A stretch of 64,000 bases of DNA from the human T2T-CHM13v2.0 reference genome, Homo sapiens. The translations under genes and the position numbers were made by a program. The notes beneath the pieces were generated by a model. That model was not told where the DNA came from, did not search any database, and saw nothing but the letters and a program-made list of their open reading frames with translations. Each line of letters starts with the position of its first letter. Positions within the stretch are counted from its first letter, which is position 1. The stretch lies in assembly GCF_009914755.1 (NCBI RefSeq), contig NC_060926.1. One strand, written 5' to 3'. Positions 13,918-28,875 of the stretch are shown one piece after another.

Positions 13918-15299
13918 AGAATTGTATGTCCAGTGCTTGGCCACCTGGATTGCAAGCCCCACACAGTCACAGGCCATGGTGTTCCCCATGGGGGCCCAGG
14001 GCCAGTTCCGACTGCCAGGTCATCGAGTGTCAGTGTGTCGAGCCTGTTGTCCCTGTGTTGGAATTGCTTGGTAACTATTTGAATGGGTGAGTGAATGACC
14101 CTAAGATCCTGCCCACACATTTCTTCAGTGGCCACAAGGAGACCTGTGGACAGTGGAGAAAGCATCCTCTGCGCAGATGCCTGGGGCTGGGAGGGCCTGG
14201 TGGAGAGTGAGGTGACAGCTTCTCCTTCTCCCTCCCTTGGGGTGTCTCTGCCCTCGTACTTGCCCTCCAGCCCCCACCTACACCTCCATGGATGGTGACT
14301 CATGATCCAGACCGGCTCTGGGGAGTTCTCTAGAAGGAAAGTGATCCTGGCATTGTTGGGGACACCTCCTCTTCCCTGTCTCCCTTCATGGAGAGGGCAG
14401 GTGTCCCGGGCAGACAGAAGACCCTGGAATCCATCCGTGGGAAGGAATGCCCCCTTCCAGCCCTGTTCTCACACGGTGCTCAGCCTTTCCTGCTTCCGCA
14501 TGTGGCATGAGGCAGGCACAGGACCCTCCACAGGACCCTCAGCCAGGCACAGGACCCCGACAGCCTCTGGACACCTGGCTCTCTCAGGATCCTTTGAAAA
14601 TCAAAGGTTTTTCTCACAGTGTCTGCATTGCAATGGAAGTCATTTGAGACTTGGAGTTACCCTAGAGACACCAAGGGAGTCTCTCGGTTGCACCCGCTCA
14701 TTCTGCCAGGCGCACTGGGTTTAAACAGGAGGAAGAAATCGTTTCTGACTTTGTAGACACTGCCCATGTAGCATGGTTTCAGGCTCTGCTATGATTGCTG
14801 GTCAGGGAGGGCTGTAACCACTCAGGGAGGGGCAGGTAGGTGGCCGGCGGCATGCAGAGGTTATCAGCTAAGCAAGGCCAGAACTGGTCAGTGAGTAATG
14901 AGAAAGCTAAGCTTCTTGCTCCTAAGCTAAGAAGGTGGTGTGAGGCCAGTCTGGGGGCAGGGCTGGCCACCTACCTGGGGCAACTTCCAGGTGGCTCTCC
15001 CTCCCATCTGTGTGGTCTCTGCTTGTAGTGCCTTTCGCTCACCTGAGGACACACACTGGGGACACAGGCACCTTCCCCATTCAGAGCCAGGCAGCCTCTG
15101 CACCCCACCAAACCTGCCTTTGGCCGAGGTACCTGCAGCCTGGCCCCGTCCTGTGCTCCAGTTTCTGCTGGGACCCCTATTCTGCCCCTCGTCAGGCCTA
15201 CACGGGATCCTAGAGGAAGGGAGGAGACCCCTGTCTCCCTCCTTGAAGGGAGGTGGACCCCTTCCTCCTCCAGGCTCCCTGACAGCCCCTCTAATGGAG

Positions 15300-15745
15300 T
15301 GTCCTGAGGCTTCCAGAGCAGTACCACAAACTAGGTGGCTAAAAGCAACAGAAAGCTGTTCTCTCACAGCTCTAGAGGTCGGAAGCCCCAAGTCAAGGTG
15401 TGGACAGGTTTGGTTCCTCCTGAGGCTGAGGGGAGTCTGTTCCGGGGCTCCCTCCTGGCTTTGGTGGCTGCCGGCATCCTCAGCACCCCTCGGCTTGTGG
15501 ATGCATCACTCCTGTCACTGCTCCGTCCTCACATGGGCTTCCTTCCCCTCCACATCCCGGTCCTCCTTCTCTGTGTTGTAAGGATACTCATCATTGGATT
15601 TGGTGCCCACTCTAATCAAGGATGATCTATTCTCAGGATCCTTACCTCATATCTGCAAAGACCCCTATTCCAGATAAGACCACAAGCACTGGTGCCAGGG
15701 CTGGGACTCGGACAGATCTTTGAGAGGTACACAGGTCAGACCCTT
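15300..15745 (-). mobile_element. MLT1-type MaLR LTR
   Basis: taccacaaactaggtggctaaaagcaacagaaa...tctcacagctctagagg and tctgcaaagaccctattccagataag. Confidence 0.75.
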
Positions 15746-16533
15746 CTGCCATTGAATGCCTCTGAACAGGAAGACAGGACACTGTCCTAGGGAAGGCCAG
15801 GGCAGGGCGAGCAAGCTGGGTCGTAGGGGGACCTGGGGGCAGTGCTGCCCTGCATGGGCTGGGACTAAGGATTCTCTATGTAGGAATTCCCTTGGCAAGA
15901 CCATGGTGCCACCCAGATTCCTCCCTCGGCCCCCCCACTGTCCCCAGAGAGCACAGCGCACCCCTGATGCTGACCGTTCCTCGGGTCATCTCCTTGCTTA
16001 AAAAACCCTTGAAGCTTGGAGCACTTTGGGGTCTTGGGGGGAGGGGGGCACCCTGTGACTCCCGGTCCTCTTGGCCTGCTGCTCTGTCTGCTGTCATGGG
16101 ACCAATTTTCTTTAGGGATTAATCTCCAGTTCCTGGGGACGCTCTTTTTAAATAAGCTCTGTTTCATAGCATGAAAGATTTTGTGTGGGTTTTTTTTTAA
16201 ACAAACACAATAATAATTAATTCAAGGTCTAAGAATAAAGCCAGGTCTGGAACACGGCCTGACTACAGTGTGATGCTGACCAGCCTAGATGCAGGCCGTA
16301 GAAGGCTCCCTGAGCTGCTGGGAAGGGGCTCTTGAAAATCACCTCAGGGCAGGGGTCCCGGGCTGCCAGGCTCCCTCCCATGACAGTCCAGGTAGGCACA
16401 GCACGTTGGAGGCCAAACAGCCAGGCAGCTGGCGAAGCACAGGCACCTGTGGATGCAGCCTCATTTTGCTTTTCTCTTTCCCTTGGATGGAGTCTCTGTC
16501 TCCTCACTCCTGTCCCCTCTTGTCTGTTTCCAG

Positions 16534-16637
16534 GATGTCTCCTCCTCGGCGGGATCTACCCCCACGGCTGTCCCACGGGCTGCCTCGGTGTCTGGAGAGC
16601 AGGGCACGCCTCCCAAGGTCCAGCTGCCCCTCAACGT
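16534..16637 (+). CDS. SH3RF3: SH3RF3 internal coding exon (probably exon 5), DVSSSAGSTPTAVPRAASVSGEQGTPPKVQLPLN(V)
   Basis: Polypyrimidine tract plus TTCCAG acceptor (AG 16532-33) and donor CGT|GTGAGC. 104 bp, phase 0 to 2. GT plus the first G of the next exon gives Val in frame. Confidence 0.88.
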
Positions 16638-17332
16638 GTGAGCTGCCCTTTGTGTCTGTCGGGGTCCTGTGCCTGCAGCCCTCCCTCCTGCCTGGGCTGA
16701 CCTGTCCACGTGTGGTTTCCGCAGGGTTTTCCCATGTGTTACTAGTTGGCCAGTATAGTTATGTGCGTCTAATAACACCGCTGAAGGGAGAGTGTGGAAG
16801 ACAAAAGTCTAGCGGTTCCTTCTGATGTCGTTGTTTCTAGGACATTTCTTCTAAGCAGGGAGGATATTCAGAGTATTCACAGTGCAGTTCCCAGTCAACA
16901 GGAGAGGAGCCAGCCATAGTGTGGAGCAAGCTCTCCATAGCATGGAAGGTCCGAGATTGAGGGGAGAGGCGGGAGGGAAGCAGGTGCGCAGAGCAGCGGG
17001 TAGTCTAGGAGCTTGGGTAGCCACTAGTCACCAACTGCTTGGAAGTGGTTCTGTGTTTCAGCCCCCGTCCCAGGGCCACACCAGCGCATGCCAGCTGCAT
17101 CTCATCCCCAAATATAACCAGATGAATCAGTGCTAGGAAGTGAGATGTTTATCTTGTTTAGAAAATCTGCCCAGTTAAATTACAGCTCTTAACAGATAAG
17201 TGCAATTTTAAAATTCCCCATTTAAATCATGCTCTGAAGAATTAGACTCCCTTTTGCTCTTGTGTTTGGCAGAGCTCAGTCACTTGAATGACTGTGTTAG
17301 GGTGAAGTCTATGAACTTGGCAAACAAGATGA

Positions 17333-17739
<407 letters not shown>

Positions 17740-20700
17740 AAACAGGATGTATTTCAAGCAAAAAAGTATTTTGAAGAGCAACTTGCCAAGCTTCAAAAGG
17801 TCTAGAAGTAGCTCAGCTGCTGGCACACACTCACCCACCTCTAAGCCCAGTGGAAACACCAGCCTTTCTTAAGTGGTGGGCAGGAAAGCTCCCAATATCC
17901 TCCTACTATAATTAACCAATGTAATGAAAGGTATTTGAAATGTACCTATTTTTTACCTAGCTTCCTGAGCAGGCTACTTCCAGATGCCTTGAGACTGATA
18001 TTCAAGTTTTCACCAGCACTGGACAAAAGATACTACCTCCATCTCCTGCCATGCTCCTAGCTCAGTTCTGGCAGCTTCAGGCAAAGCTGGTGCCAAGGAG
18101 GCACATGGAAAAGTGGGGGGTGATGGGGCTGCTCTTCTTGAAGAATTGGATGCAGGATGCTATCTGAGGAAAGAAACCTGCACCCACAGTGGGATAGCCC
18201 TGATGGAGTTTCCCAAATGAGAGGCAGGATGCAGGTCAGGTTGCTGAGGCCATGAGTGCTTCAAGGGCAAAGCCCAGATGTGTTTGTTTTGGAGTCCCCG
18301 TGACCAGCTGAATGCCTGTACACAGGCTCTCAGTAGCTGCCACTTGTTCTATGAGAGCAAAGGCCTCCCCTTCCTGGGTGCAGAGGGCTCCCCAGCTTGA
18401 GGCGAGCTCAAGGCTTAGCCACCCAAGAAGGCTTCTCTGTCCTGGAGACCCAAAACGTAACAGTTCCAGGCATGTCACCCCTCAAGAGTTGTGAATATTC
18501 TGGAGGCCTCAACCATGGACAAACCTCCATGTCCTGGATGGCTTCTAAATTTGGTGCAGATGTGGAGGGACCTCTTCTTCACCCAGTTCGCCTGCCCTGG
18601 GGGACAGGGTTGCTGTGACCTCTAGCTCTCCACCTTCTCCCTCTGGGCTTCTCCCCCAGGGGAGGGCACTTTCCACTCAGCTTGAGATTTGGGTAAGAGG
18701 GAAGGGAAACTTATGTGTCGGACAACATCCTTCTAAGGATGACAAGGATTTAGGTAGGAATGTGTCTGCAGGTGACACAGTGGCCCTCCATGCAGGAGCT
18801 GGATCATGGTCAGCATGACCTGTGACTGGTGATGGTCCGTTCCATGTGTGTTCATGGCTGTTATACTGAGTAGCAGTCACATGCCAGGCAACATTACATA
18901 CGTTACAGCAGTATGCATGATGCATTCTGAAAACATGACATCCTTTATTTTATCCCCAGAGAGGAAAAGATCAGACTGACCTCATCAGTTTATGAGGAAG
19001 GGGATTAGCCTGACTGCTCACCTATCCTCTTTAACTCTAAGAAGCTAGTATTCCCACACATACCCTACCAGTGGCAAGTACCCGGGGTGGGGGTCTGATC
19101 TAACCATTCTTCCCAAAATAGCCTCTGTAAGTCACGTTCAGAAGTCTGAAATTGAACATGAGATGTGCTGTCGTTGCAAAAACAACCACAGCAAACAACA
19201 GTGCACTGCTGCCCATTGCGGGTCTGCAGAGAATGATGGCTTGGGGACTCCAGCCAGGGCCCAGATGGGGCTGATGTGAAAGTCAGCCATGGAATGACTT
19301 CAGGAGACCTCATTCCTGATCTTCATGATTGCATAGCTTTGACCTCTCCAGGCCACATCATGTGCACTGAAACATGAGCCCTTGAGATTAAGAGGCCTAA
19401 TCCTGTACGGTCAGTGTGTCGATGGCTGGATGTTCTTGCCCCTTCTTCCAGCATGTGAAAGGCTTCCCTGGCATGGATTCCCTAAGGGCTCAGTTGCCCG
19501 GAAACACAAGAAGGGTCTCAGTTTGCTCACCCAGTGCATGGAGGCGACTGTGAGTCTGCAGAGACGTCTCTCATTCCTGCACCCCCTTTCCACCCCCTGC
19601 TGTGTTGGGCTGGGCTTGTCCGCCATTCCTCTGGCAGACCTGCTGTGATTTGGGAAAGCAGAAATATGATTGTCTGCTCCTAGAGGCCATGCTCCTGGGC
19701 ACAGCCAACCCACCCAGAGGGTCTCAAGGTTGATGAAATGCTGTGAGTAGGTTGCCCCTGATTTTGAAGGGTTGATTCTCACCTCCACTTCTTCGTGGGC
19801 ATCTTAGAGCCACTGCCTGATGTGAAGGACCGGAGGAGGCAGGGAGAGGGCATAGGGCTACCCTGCAGGAGCCATCCGAGATGTCCTGTCATCACCTACA
19901 GCAATGGAGGAGGTGGAGGAGGAGGACGAAACAGGCATCAGACCGACACGCCTGGGTCTGACTCGGTCCATGTACCTGCAATCTGAGAGCAACGGAACTC
20001 TTGGCACAGAGCCTTGGTCTGGGACTGCATGTCAGCTTGCCATCAGAGAAGGAAACTTCCACAGTCGATGGGTGCAGTTCATTACCTGCAGGGAAAACTA
20101 GGTACCCTGTGAGGTGCATGACCACCCAGATGGCACCTGAGGGACCTGGGAGTCCTATCCAGGAGCCCAGAGAAAGACTTAGGGAGATGGGGGGTTGGCC
20201 TGCAACAGGGAAAGGGAAGCCCAGGGGAATCGTGGCCAGCGGTTTTCATCCTCCCCTGCTGAGGTGCAGACCAGGGTCCCTGGATCTGGTGGTTGACACT
20301 GGTCATGTGAGACGTGCTCTCTGTCATGGCAGGGATGACCTCGCAGACCTTGCTGTGATCAGGAGTGACCCCCTCATGACCCCGCTGCCATTTGTGCGTG
20401 TGGTCAAAAGGCCACCAAACCATCCTCAATAACAACAGTCCCCACATTCTGGGACACAGGAAAAGGACTGCTGACCAAACCATGCCAACACAAGACAGGG
20501 GCACCTTCCATTCCAAATTCACAGAACAGGCTGGTGCTGCACTCAGCCTGCAATGAACTGGATCAGCGTGAGTTCAAGACAATAAGACTCGGTAAAATAA
20601 GTCCCTGCCAGGCTTGGAACGAAGGCCTGGATCAGCGAAATCACCGGGTACTGCCCCCAAGAGGTGTCTCAGAGGCCAGCCGCCCAGCCTCCTTTGACAG

Positions 20701-22844
20701 TGCCCAGCCTTGTGGTCAGCCTGGCCCCATGGTCACCCCTTCCAGGCATGGCGGCACCGTCCTCAGGATATTACAGACAGATGCGACCAAGAATATGAGA
20801 GTGAGCCTGAGAACCAGTGGAGGGGTGAGTACTCTTCATCCCCACCCCTGCCGCCTGCACCTCTAGAGAGGGCACAGCTGGGACCCCAAGCAGGTGGGGA
20901 AATGGAGGAGATGCAAGTGGGAAGAGCAGAGAATTTTATTGAGAGAGTCTCTGGATGACATAGACCCTGGCGGGCAAAGGTCGGAGACGTCTGGGCCGCT
21001 GCAGGGCCGGTTGCAGTGGAGGGAAGGAGCTGCAGGCCCTGGTGGTGGCAGCACATCCCCACCGGTACCGGCATTGTCTAGGCTGGGTTTCCTGGAGGCA
21101 GGCCCTGAGATGGGGAGGTTTGTGGGGAGTGCTCTCAGGACACACCTGCGCTGTGGCTGAAGGGAAGCCTGTCTGATCCTCGGGGCTCTGGAGCTGAGAC
21201 AGCCCTGCGGAGTTTCCCCATTGGAAGTGAGCCAGCGCTGGCTTCAGGCTGCCCTTTGAAGGGGCAGTCATGGGTGATGCTGCACCCTGAGGGAGATTCC
21301 CAGTGCAGCCACCACAGTGAGTGATCAGCCACTCATCGCCCTTCAGAGGGGACCCAGGCTGGGCATCCCTGGACCCTGTCCAGTGGTGGGGCTTCAGCCT
21401 CAGAATGCAGCAGAAACACAGGCAAACCTCATTTCATCGCACTTCACTTTGTTGTGCCTCACAGATACTGCATTTTTTTTACAAATTGAAGCTTCGGGGC
21501 AACCCAGCATCCACCAAGTCTAGTGGTGCCATTTTCCAACAGCATGTGCTCACTTCGAGTCTCTGTGTCACATTTCGGTAATTCTTATAATATTTCAAAC
21601 TTTTTCATTATATCTTTATGGTGATGTGATCAGTGATTTTTGGCGTTACTGTTATGGAGTTGTTTTGGGCACCATGGACCATGCCCACATAAGACAGCGA
21701 ACTTACTCGATAAGTGATGTGTATGTTCTGACGGCTCCACGGACCCACCGTTTCCCCCATCTCTCTTTCTCTCCCCAGGCCTACCTTTTCCCTTAGACAC
21801 AACAATACTGAAATCAGGCCTTTTAGTAACGCTAAGTGACCTCTAAGTGGTCAAGTGAAAGCTAGAGTCGAACATCTCTCACTTTAAGTCAAAAGTTAGA
21901 AATGATTAAGCTTGGCGAGGAAGTCATGTCAAAAGCTGAGATAGGCTGAAACTTGTGCCAAACAGTTATCTAAGTTGTCAATGAAAAGAAAAGTTATTGA
22001 AGGAAATTAAAAGTGCTACTCCAGGGAACACACGAATTATAAGAAAGTGAAACAGCCTAATTGCTGATACGGAGAATGTTTGAGTGGCCTGGATAGAAGA
22101 TCAAACCAACTGCAACATTCCCTTAAGCCAAAGCCTAATCCAAAGCAAGGCCCTAACTCTCTTCAACTCCGTGAATGCTGAGAGAGGTGAGGAAGCTAAA
22201 GGAGGAAAGTTTGAAGCTAGCAGAGGTTGGTTCGTGAGGTTTAAAGAAAGAAGCCATCTCTGCAACATAAAAGTACAAGGTAAAGCAGCAAGTGCTGATG
22301 GAAAAGCTGTAGCAAGTTATCCAGAAGATCTAGCTAAAATCACTGATGAAGGTGGCGACACTAAACAACAGATTTTCAGTGTAGACAAAACAGCCCTATA
22401 TTGGACAATGATGCCATCTAGGACTTTCATAGCTAGAGAGGAGATATCAAGGCCTGGCTTCAAAGCTTTAAAGGACAGGCAGACTCTCTTGTTAGGGGCT
22501 AATGCAGCTGGTGACTCTAAGTGAAGCCAGTGTTCATTTGCCATTCCGAGAACCCTAGGGCTCTTAAGAATTATGCTAAATCTACTCTGCCTGTGCTGTG
22601 TAAATGGGACAACCACGCCTGCATGATAGCACACGTGTTTACAGCATGGTTTCCTGAATATTGTAAGTCCATTGTCAAGACCTACTGCTCAGAAAAAAAA
22701 GATTCCTTTTAAAATATTACTGCTCATTGCCAGTGTACTTGGTTATTCAAGAGCTCTGATGGAGATGTACAAGGAGATGAATGTTGTTTTCATGCCTGCT
22801 GACACAGCATCCATTCTTCAGCTCATGGATCGAGGATAGTTTAG

Positions 22845-23202
<358 letters not shown>

Positions 23203-23959
23203 AAGCAGTACATTTCAAAGGTTATAGCTGCCATAGATGGTGATTCCTCTCATGGATCTGGGCAAAGTAAATTGAAAACCTTTTGGAAAGGATTCACCAT
23301 TCTAGGGCCATTATGAACATTTGTGATTCATGGGAGGAGGTCAAAATATCAACATTAACAGGAGTGTTGAAGAAGGTTCTTCCAATCCTCATGGATGACT
23401 TTGAGTGGTTGGTTCAAGACTTCAGTGTAGGAAGTCACCGCAGATGTGGTAGAAACAGCAAGAGAACTAGAATTAGAAATTGAACCTGAAGATGTAACTG
23501 AATTGCTGCAATCTTATGAGAAAACTTGAACAGATGAGGAGTTGCTCCTTCTAGATGGGCAAGAAAGTAGTTTCTTGAGATAAAAATCTCCTCCTGGTGA
23601 AGATGGTGGGAACATCATTGAAATGACAACAAAGAGTTTAGAATAGCACATAAACAGTTGATGAAGCAGCAGCAGGGTTTAAGAGGATTGCCTCCAATTT
23701 TGAAAGAAATTCTACTGTGGGTAAAATGCTGTCAAACAGCATCAAATGCTATAGAGAAATCTATCATGAAAGAAAGAGTCAATGTAGCAAACCTCATTGC
23801 TGTCTTATTTTAAGAAGTTGCCACAGCCACCCCCACCTTTAGCCACCACCACCCTGAGTAGTCAGCAACTATTCACATCAAGACAAGACCCTCTACCAGC
23901 AAATAAATTATAACTCCCTGAAGGCTCAGATGATCATTAACATTTTAGGGCAATAAAAT

Positions 23960-24262
<303 letters not shown>

Positions 24263-27200
24263 AAAGAAAATATTTCTTAATTAAGGTACTTACATTTTTT
24301 TAGACATAATGCTATCGCATACTTAATACGCTACTGTATAGTATAAATATAATTTTTACATATATTGGTAAACCAAAAATTCGGGTGACAGTTTATTGCA
24401 ATATTTGCTCTATTGGGGCAGTCTGGAACCAAACCCACGAGTATCCCACAGGTATGCCTGTACCTGGAGGGCTGTTGAAACACAGATTGCTGGGCCTTAC
24501 ACCAGGAGCTCCAGGGTGAGGCCCCAGAATCTCTAACAAGTTCCAGGTGAGGCCAGTACCACTGGCCCAGGTTCACACTTCGGGAGTCCCTGCACACTAG
24601 CCCCACACACAAGTGTCAAAGGTGCTCAGTTGGGAAAGACATCAGCTCCTAAGCTGGCCTCACAGCCGTGCCACCCCAGCTCCTTCCTTCCATGAACTCT
24701 GTGACACTTGGTTCTACCTGGGAGAACCCCATCTCAACCCGCGTAACTGCCTGTGGGATCCCAGGAAATCAGAAGGCCCCAGGGAGAACCGAGCAGTTTC
24801 TGCTGGCTGGGCTGAGCCAGACCATGATGTCAGCCCTCAGGGAAGAGGCGAAGGCAGCAGTGCTCCCGGAGCTGGCCATCCTGAGGCCATACCTGCAGCT
24901 CCCCAGGTGCTCGCGCACGCTCCTCTGAGCATCTGCACTCATCCTCGCCCTGCCTGCAGCTCCTGGTCGCCTCTGAGCTCCTGAGCCTGCTTCAGCCCTT
25001 CCACAGGACTTACCCAGCCCTCCCCAGCCCCCTGGCCTCCAGTGCAGCCCCTGACAGCACTCCTGCTGTGGGTCTTCCCTGCAGAGTGGGTGCTGCACCT
25101 AGATGGAAGAGGTGAGGAGGAAGCACACGCCTCCCTAATTCGAGCCAGCGTGGCCCTGGGAGAAAAGTAGAAGTGGGACTTCTGGTAGGAGAACTGGGAA
25201 TCATTTACTTATTTTAGAAGACGTATGAGCAAGCCACCATCTAGAGGAGAAAGGGGATGAAATTAGCGAAGGCACTAAAATACTTTGGTTTACTCTGATT
25301 AGAGCGGAAGAGAAATCTGCAGACAATTAGCAGCAAGTAAAGATCTTGCTATAGAAATAAGGAAGTAGTATGGGTAAGCGAAGGCTGTGCTGTTAGTTTC
25401 AACAGGCTGCACGTGAAAGCAGACACATGCCATGCCCAGCTGGGTCAGCCGAGTCGGCCCAGCCGCCAGCCTATCTTGTCTGTGCACCGTCCCGGGTGTG
25501 GTGAGCCCCTGGCCCCATGCCTGACTGCACACCTGCCGCGGCCACTTCTGCCTGGAGGAGGCTGTACTTGTCCTCAGCAACCTGCCCTCAAGAGGCGCTT
25601 TTTCTCATTGGCATGAAAGCCCTATACACGCTACCAGGTGGTGGTGAGGAAGGCTCTCTGATCCTAAAATCCCATGATTGCCTTAAATAAGTATTTGAAG
25701 TACCAACCTGTGAGAATCCGCAGAGGTGATGTCTGAGCATGCAGGGTGGCCTTGGCTGGTCTCGAGTGTTATGGAGATGCCCTGAGCACTCCGCAGGGCC
25801 TGTGTTGAGCTGCCAAGGTGTTTTCAAGCAAATGGAAGGTGAGAGTTGGGCTCAGGAGCCAGGAGGTTGTGAGCCCTGCTACCTGCAGGTGCTGCCCGGT
25901 TCTCCCTGCCATGCCAGACCCAGGTGCATGTGTCTACGAAGACTGGCTCGCCACTGAGTGCAGGGGACGCCATCCAGCTCAGCCAGGAGACTCTGAACTG
26001 GCAGTCCTGACAGGACTCAACTCACAGACGTTGGTGAGAAACAGGGTAACAGGCGATGCCACTGTGGCTGCAGGGGGCAGCGGCAGAGACCCTGAGAGGT
26101 GGGAGGGAGGCAGGTTGGGAAGGGCCGGTCTCGGCACAAATTGCTCTTCAGTGTGGTCCCTCCAAGGCCTCCTCTTGAGTACCTCAGAGAGGACAGCAGA
26201 TGCAGTTGACCCCCACCCGGGCCAAGGCCCACCCAACACGAGCCGCATGCCAGAAAACAGACCCAGCACATCCATCTGCTTTTGGTGTCCCCTACGAGGC
26301 ACCCAGAGGAAAAAAAGTAGGCAGAGAAGAGATTTTTCAAAGTGAAGCTAGGCTTATTTACATTCCAGTTCCCCCAGCAACCTACACCTAGAGGCCGAAC
26401 TTAAAATAGAGATCAGAGTGAAGGATTACTCATCAACAGAACGAACTTAAAATTTAAGATGAAGAGGCCAAGTGCACTAGTGCCCTGGTGCACGTCAGGG
26501 CAGCATCTCCCTACGCGTTGGCCACACCGGGCCTGTGCTTGGAGTGAGGAGCCAACATACCCCATTCAGGACCCCAGCCTCCCCGGGCCACACCTCTGTG
26601 CAACTGCAGCTCTCATCTTGCCCAAGCCCTGCCCCAGCTGTGCCCCAGGCCGCGCTGACAGCTCCAGCAGCCCAGCCCTGGCCCTACCCCTGAACATGCG
26701 TGACCATGGACAGAAGCTCCATCCCCTCGAGCTTTTGTGTCCGCAGCTGTGAAACATGTGCAAGAAGGCCACAGACAGCCCTGGGGAGGAAGCACGTTGC
26801 ACAGGGCCACCCGAGCAGAGGTAGCCCTGCTAGGGGTTCCATGCTCCCAGGCCACCAAGCTCCACGCTGTGCAGGGAGCCTGCAGTAGCCTGGAGGGAGA
26901 AGTGGCCCAGCCCCAGTCAGCGGGTGTAGCCGCAGCCAATCCACGGAACAAGGCCTCCACAGAGCACAGCCCACCCCACACAGGCCACTGAGCCCCTAGC
27001 TCTGCACCTTGCCTACCAGCCCAGGAGCAGGAGGGAGAGGAGTCCGTGAGCTGTGGTCAGCAGCTAGGGCGTGTTCTGAGCCTGCCTTGGCAGCTGATGA
27101 GCCCCCCACTCCAGAGGAAAGGCAGCCCCGGACCCCAGAACCAACTAAAAGGAGCTGTTGGTGCGGCCTGAGTTGCATACTGTTGCCCATGGCCAGGAGC

Positions 27201-27435
27201 CAACCCGGCTGCGCATTCTGCATGTGGCCACTGAAGCAAACTGTTTTGACACCATAAAGCAACAGATGAGGCTAACTTAAGCAGGATTTACACTCAATTG
27301 TATTTCTCTGAGAGCAGGCACATCAATTTGTGCGTCATTGTTACTGATTCACAAGCCTTCCACGGATCCAAGTCCTCCCTGCACTCTTCCTCTCCTCTTC
27401 TGCCTTCCTTTGCCTCAGCCCAGGCTGTGTGGAAG

Positions 27436-27595
27436 CCACCCTCCTCTCCTCTCCCCTTCTCTTTCTTCCTCTGTCCTCTCCCCGTCCTCTCCCATCCTCT
27501 CCCCATCTCCTCCTCCTCCCTCCTCCTCCCTCCATCTCTCTCATCCCCTTTCTTTCACCTCTCCCCGTTCTCCTCTCCTCCCCTCCAGCTTCCCT
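27436..27595. repeat. CT-rich low-complexity polypyrimidine tract
   Basis: About 160 bp almost entirely C/T. Confidence 0.85.
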
Positions 27596-28600
27596 GCACA
27601 ATACACAGGTACGTGTTGGCTGCAGTTGTTTGTCATTTTCACTGGACTTTTCCCTTAGTGGTATTTCCTCTATGGTGATGGGAACAGAATCACACCCTGG
27701 TTTCTCTCCATTTGTCACCTAGACATAGCATTGAAACTGTGAACGTGGTGGGGTGGCGGGGTCCTCTCCTGATGATTTTGTGTATCCTCCTGAAGCCCAG
27801 AGTTGGTCCTAATTTCACTGTCAGTGTTCACCATTTCAAACAGGGAAAGAAACAAAGATGCCAGCCACAGTTGGAGCCCACAGCATGTCCCTAGGAGGAG
27901 GGCATGAGGGACACCTATCAACAAAGGAAATAGCCAAGGTCATTGAATGAGGGCAGAGGGCCTTGCTATGTAGGATTAGGATGTTCGAAAAGGGGGGCAG
28001 ATTTCATATTAAGGCCAAGAAACTTTTAATCTCTACAAGGTTCTCCTGCTATTCCAGAATATTCCACACTGGTTCTTTTTTCCTGCTTGAGCCCTCGTGA
28101 GCTGCATTCTGTTTCTGTTTTCACTTCTAAGTGGGGTTCCTCCAGCATCAGGAGGGTGCAATGGTGGGGTCTATGAGCTTCCCTCATATCCCCAGAGATG
28201 CACTGTGTGCACAAGCCGCTGGATAGGGTCAGCATCCCCACCCAGCAGCCTGCACTGGTGTGAGGTCCACCAGATCACTCTTCATTAACATTCATCTTTG
28301 GTCTCTTAGTGAACTGAGGCCTCCACCAGCTTCCGTGGCTGAATCTTGTGAGCAAATAAAATAATCTGGTATGTTCTCTCCCTCCGTTCAAAACCAACCT
28401 TCCCCAAATCCCAAAAGTAGCAGAGCACTTTTGTAAGTATTATCCAATCTTTACAAGGAAAAGATATAGGTATAGTTAAGTATTTTATGAGAGTAGCTTG
28501 GCCCATGGGCTGAGTTAGAGGCACAGCATCTAAACCCTAAGCTGGGATTTTCACCACTAAATTTGCTCTTTCCTTATTTGCAAATAAGACTTAAAATTAA

Positions 28601-28875
28601 GGCTGGTGTAATCCCAGCACTTTGGGAGGCTGAAATGGGAGGATTGCTTGAGACTAGGAGCTCAAGACCAGTCTGGGCAACATAGTGGGACCCCATCTTT
28701 ACAAAAAATAAAAAACTTAGCCAGCATGGCGGTGCACACCTGTGGTCCCAGCTGCTTAGGAGGCTGAGGTGGGAGGATCACTTGAGCCCAGGCCATTGAG
28801 GCTGCAGTGAGCTATGCTTGTACCACTGCACTCCAGCCTGGGTGACAGGGTGAGATGCTGTTTCAAAAAAAAAAA
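28601..28875 (+). mobile_element. AluJ-like element with a short deletion near the 5' end
   Basis: J-type ggattgcttgag, ggatcacttgagcccagg and gaggctgcagtgagctatg, with an A tail. Confidence 0.88.

Noticed and set aside
19904-20101. Acidic ORF MEEVEEEDET with a small cagacc/ggtctg stem
   Set aside because: It derives from a short GGA repeat, the 6-bp stem is expected by chance, and there is no exon context.
22084-22712. Domesticated TIGD-like transposase gene
   Set aside because: Stops, a frameshift and Alu insertions disrupt it, so it is an ordinary Tigger1 fossil.
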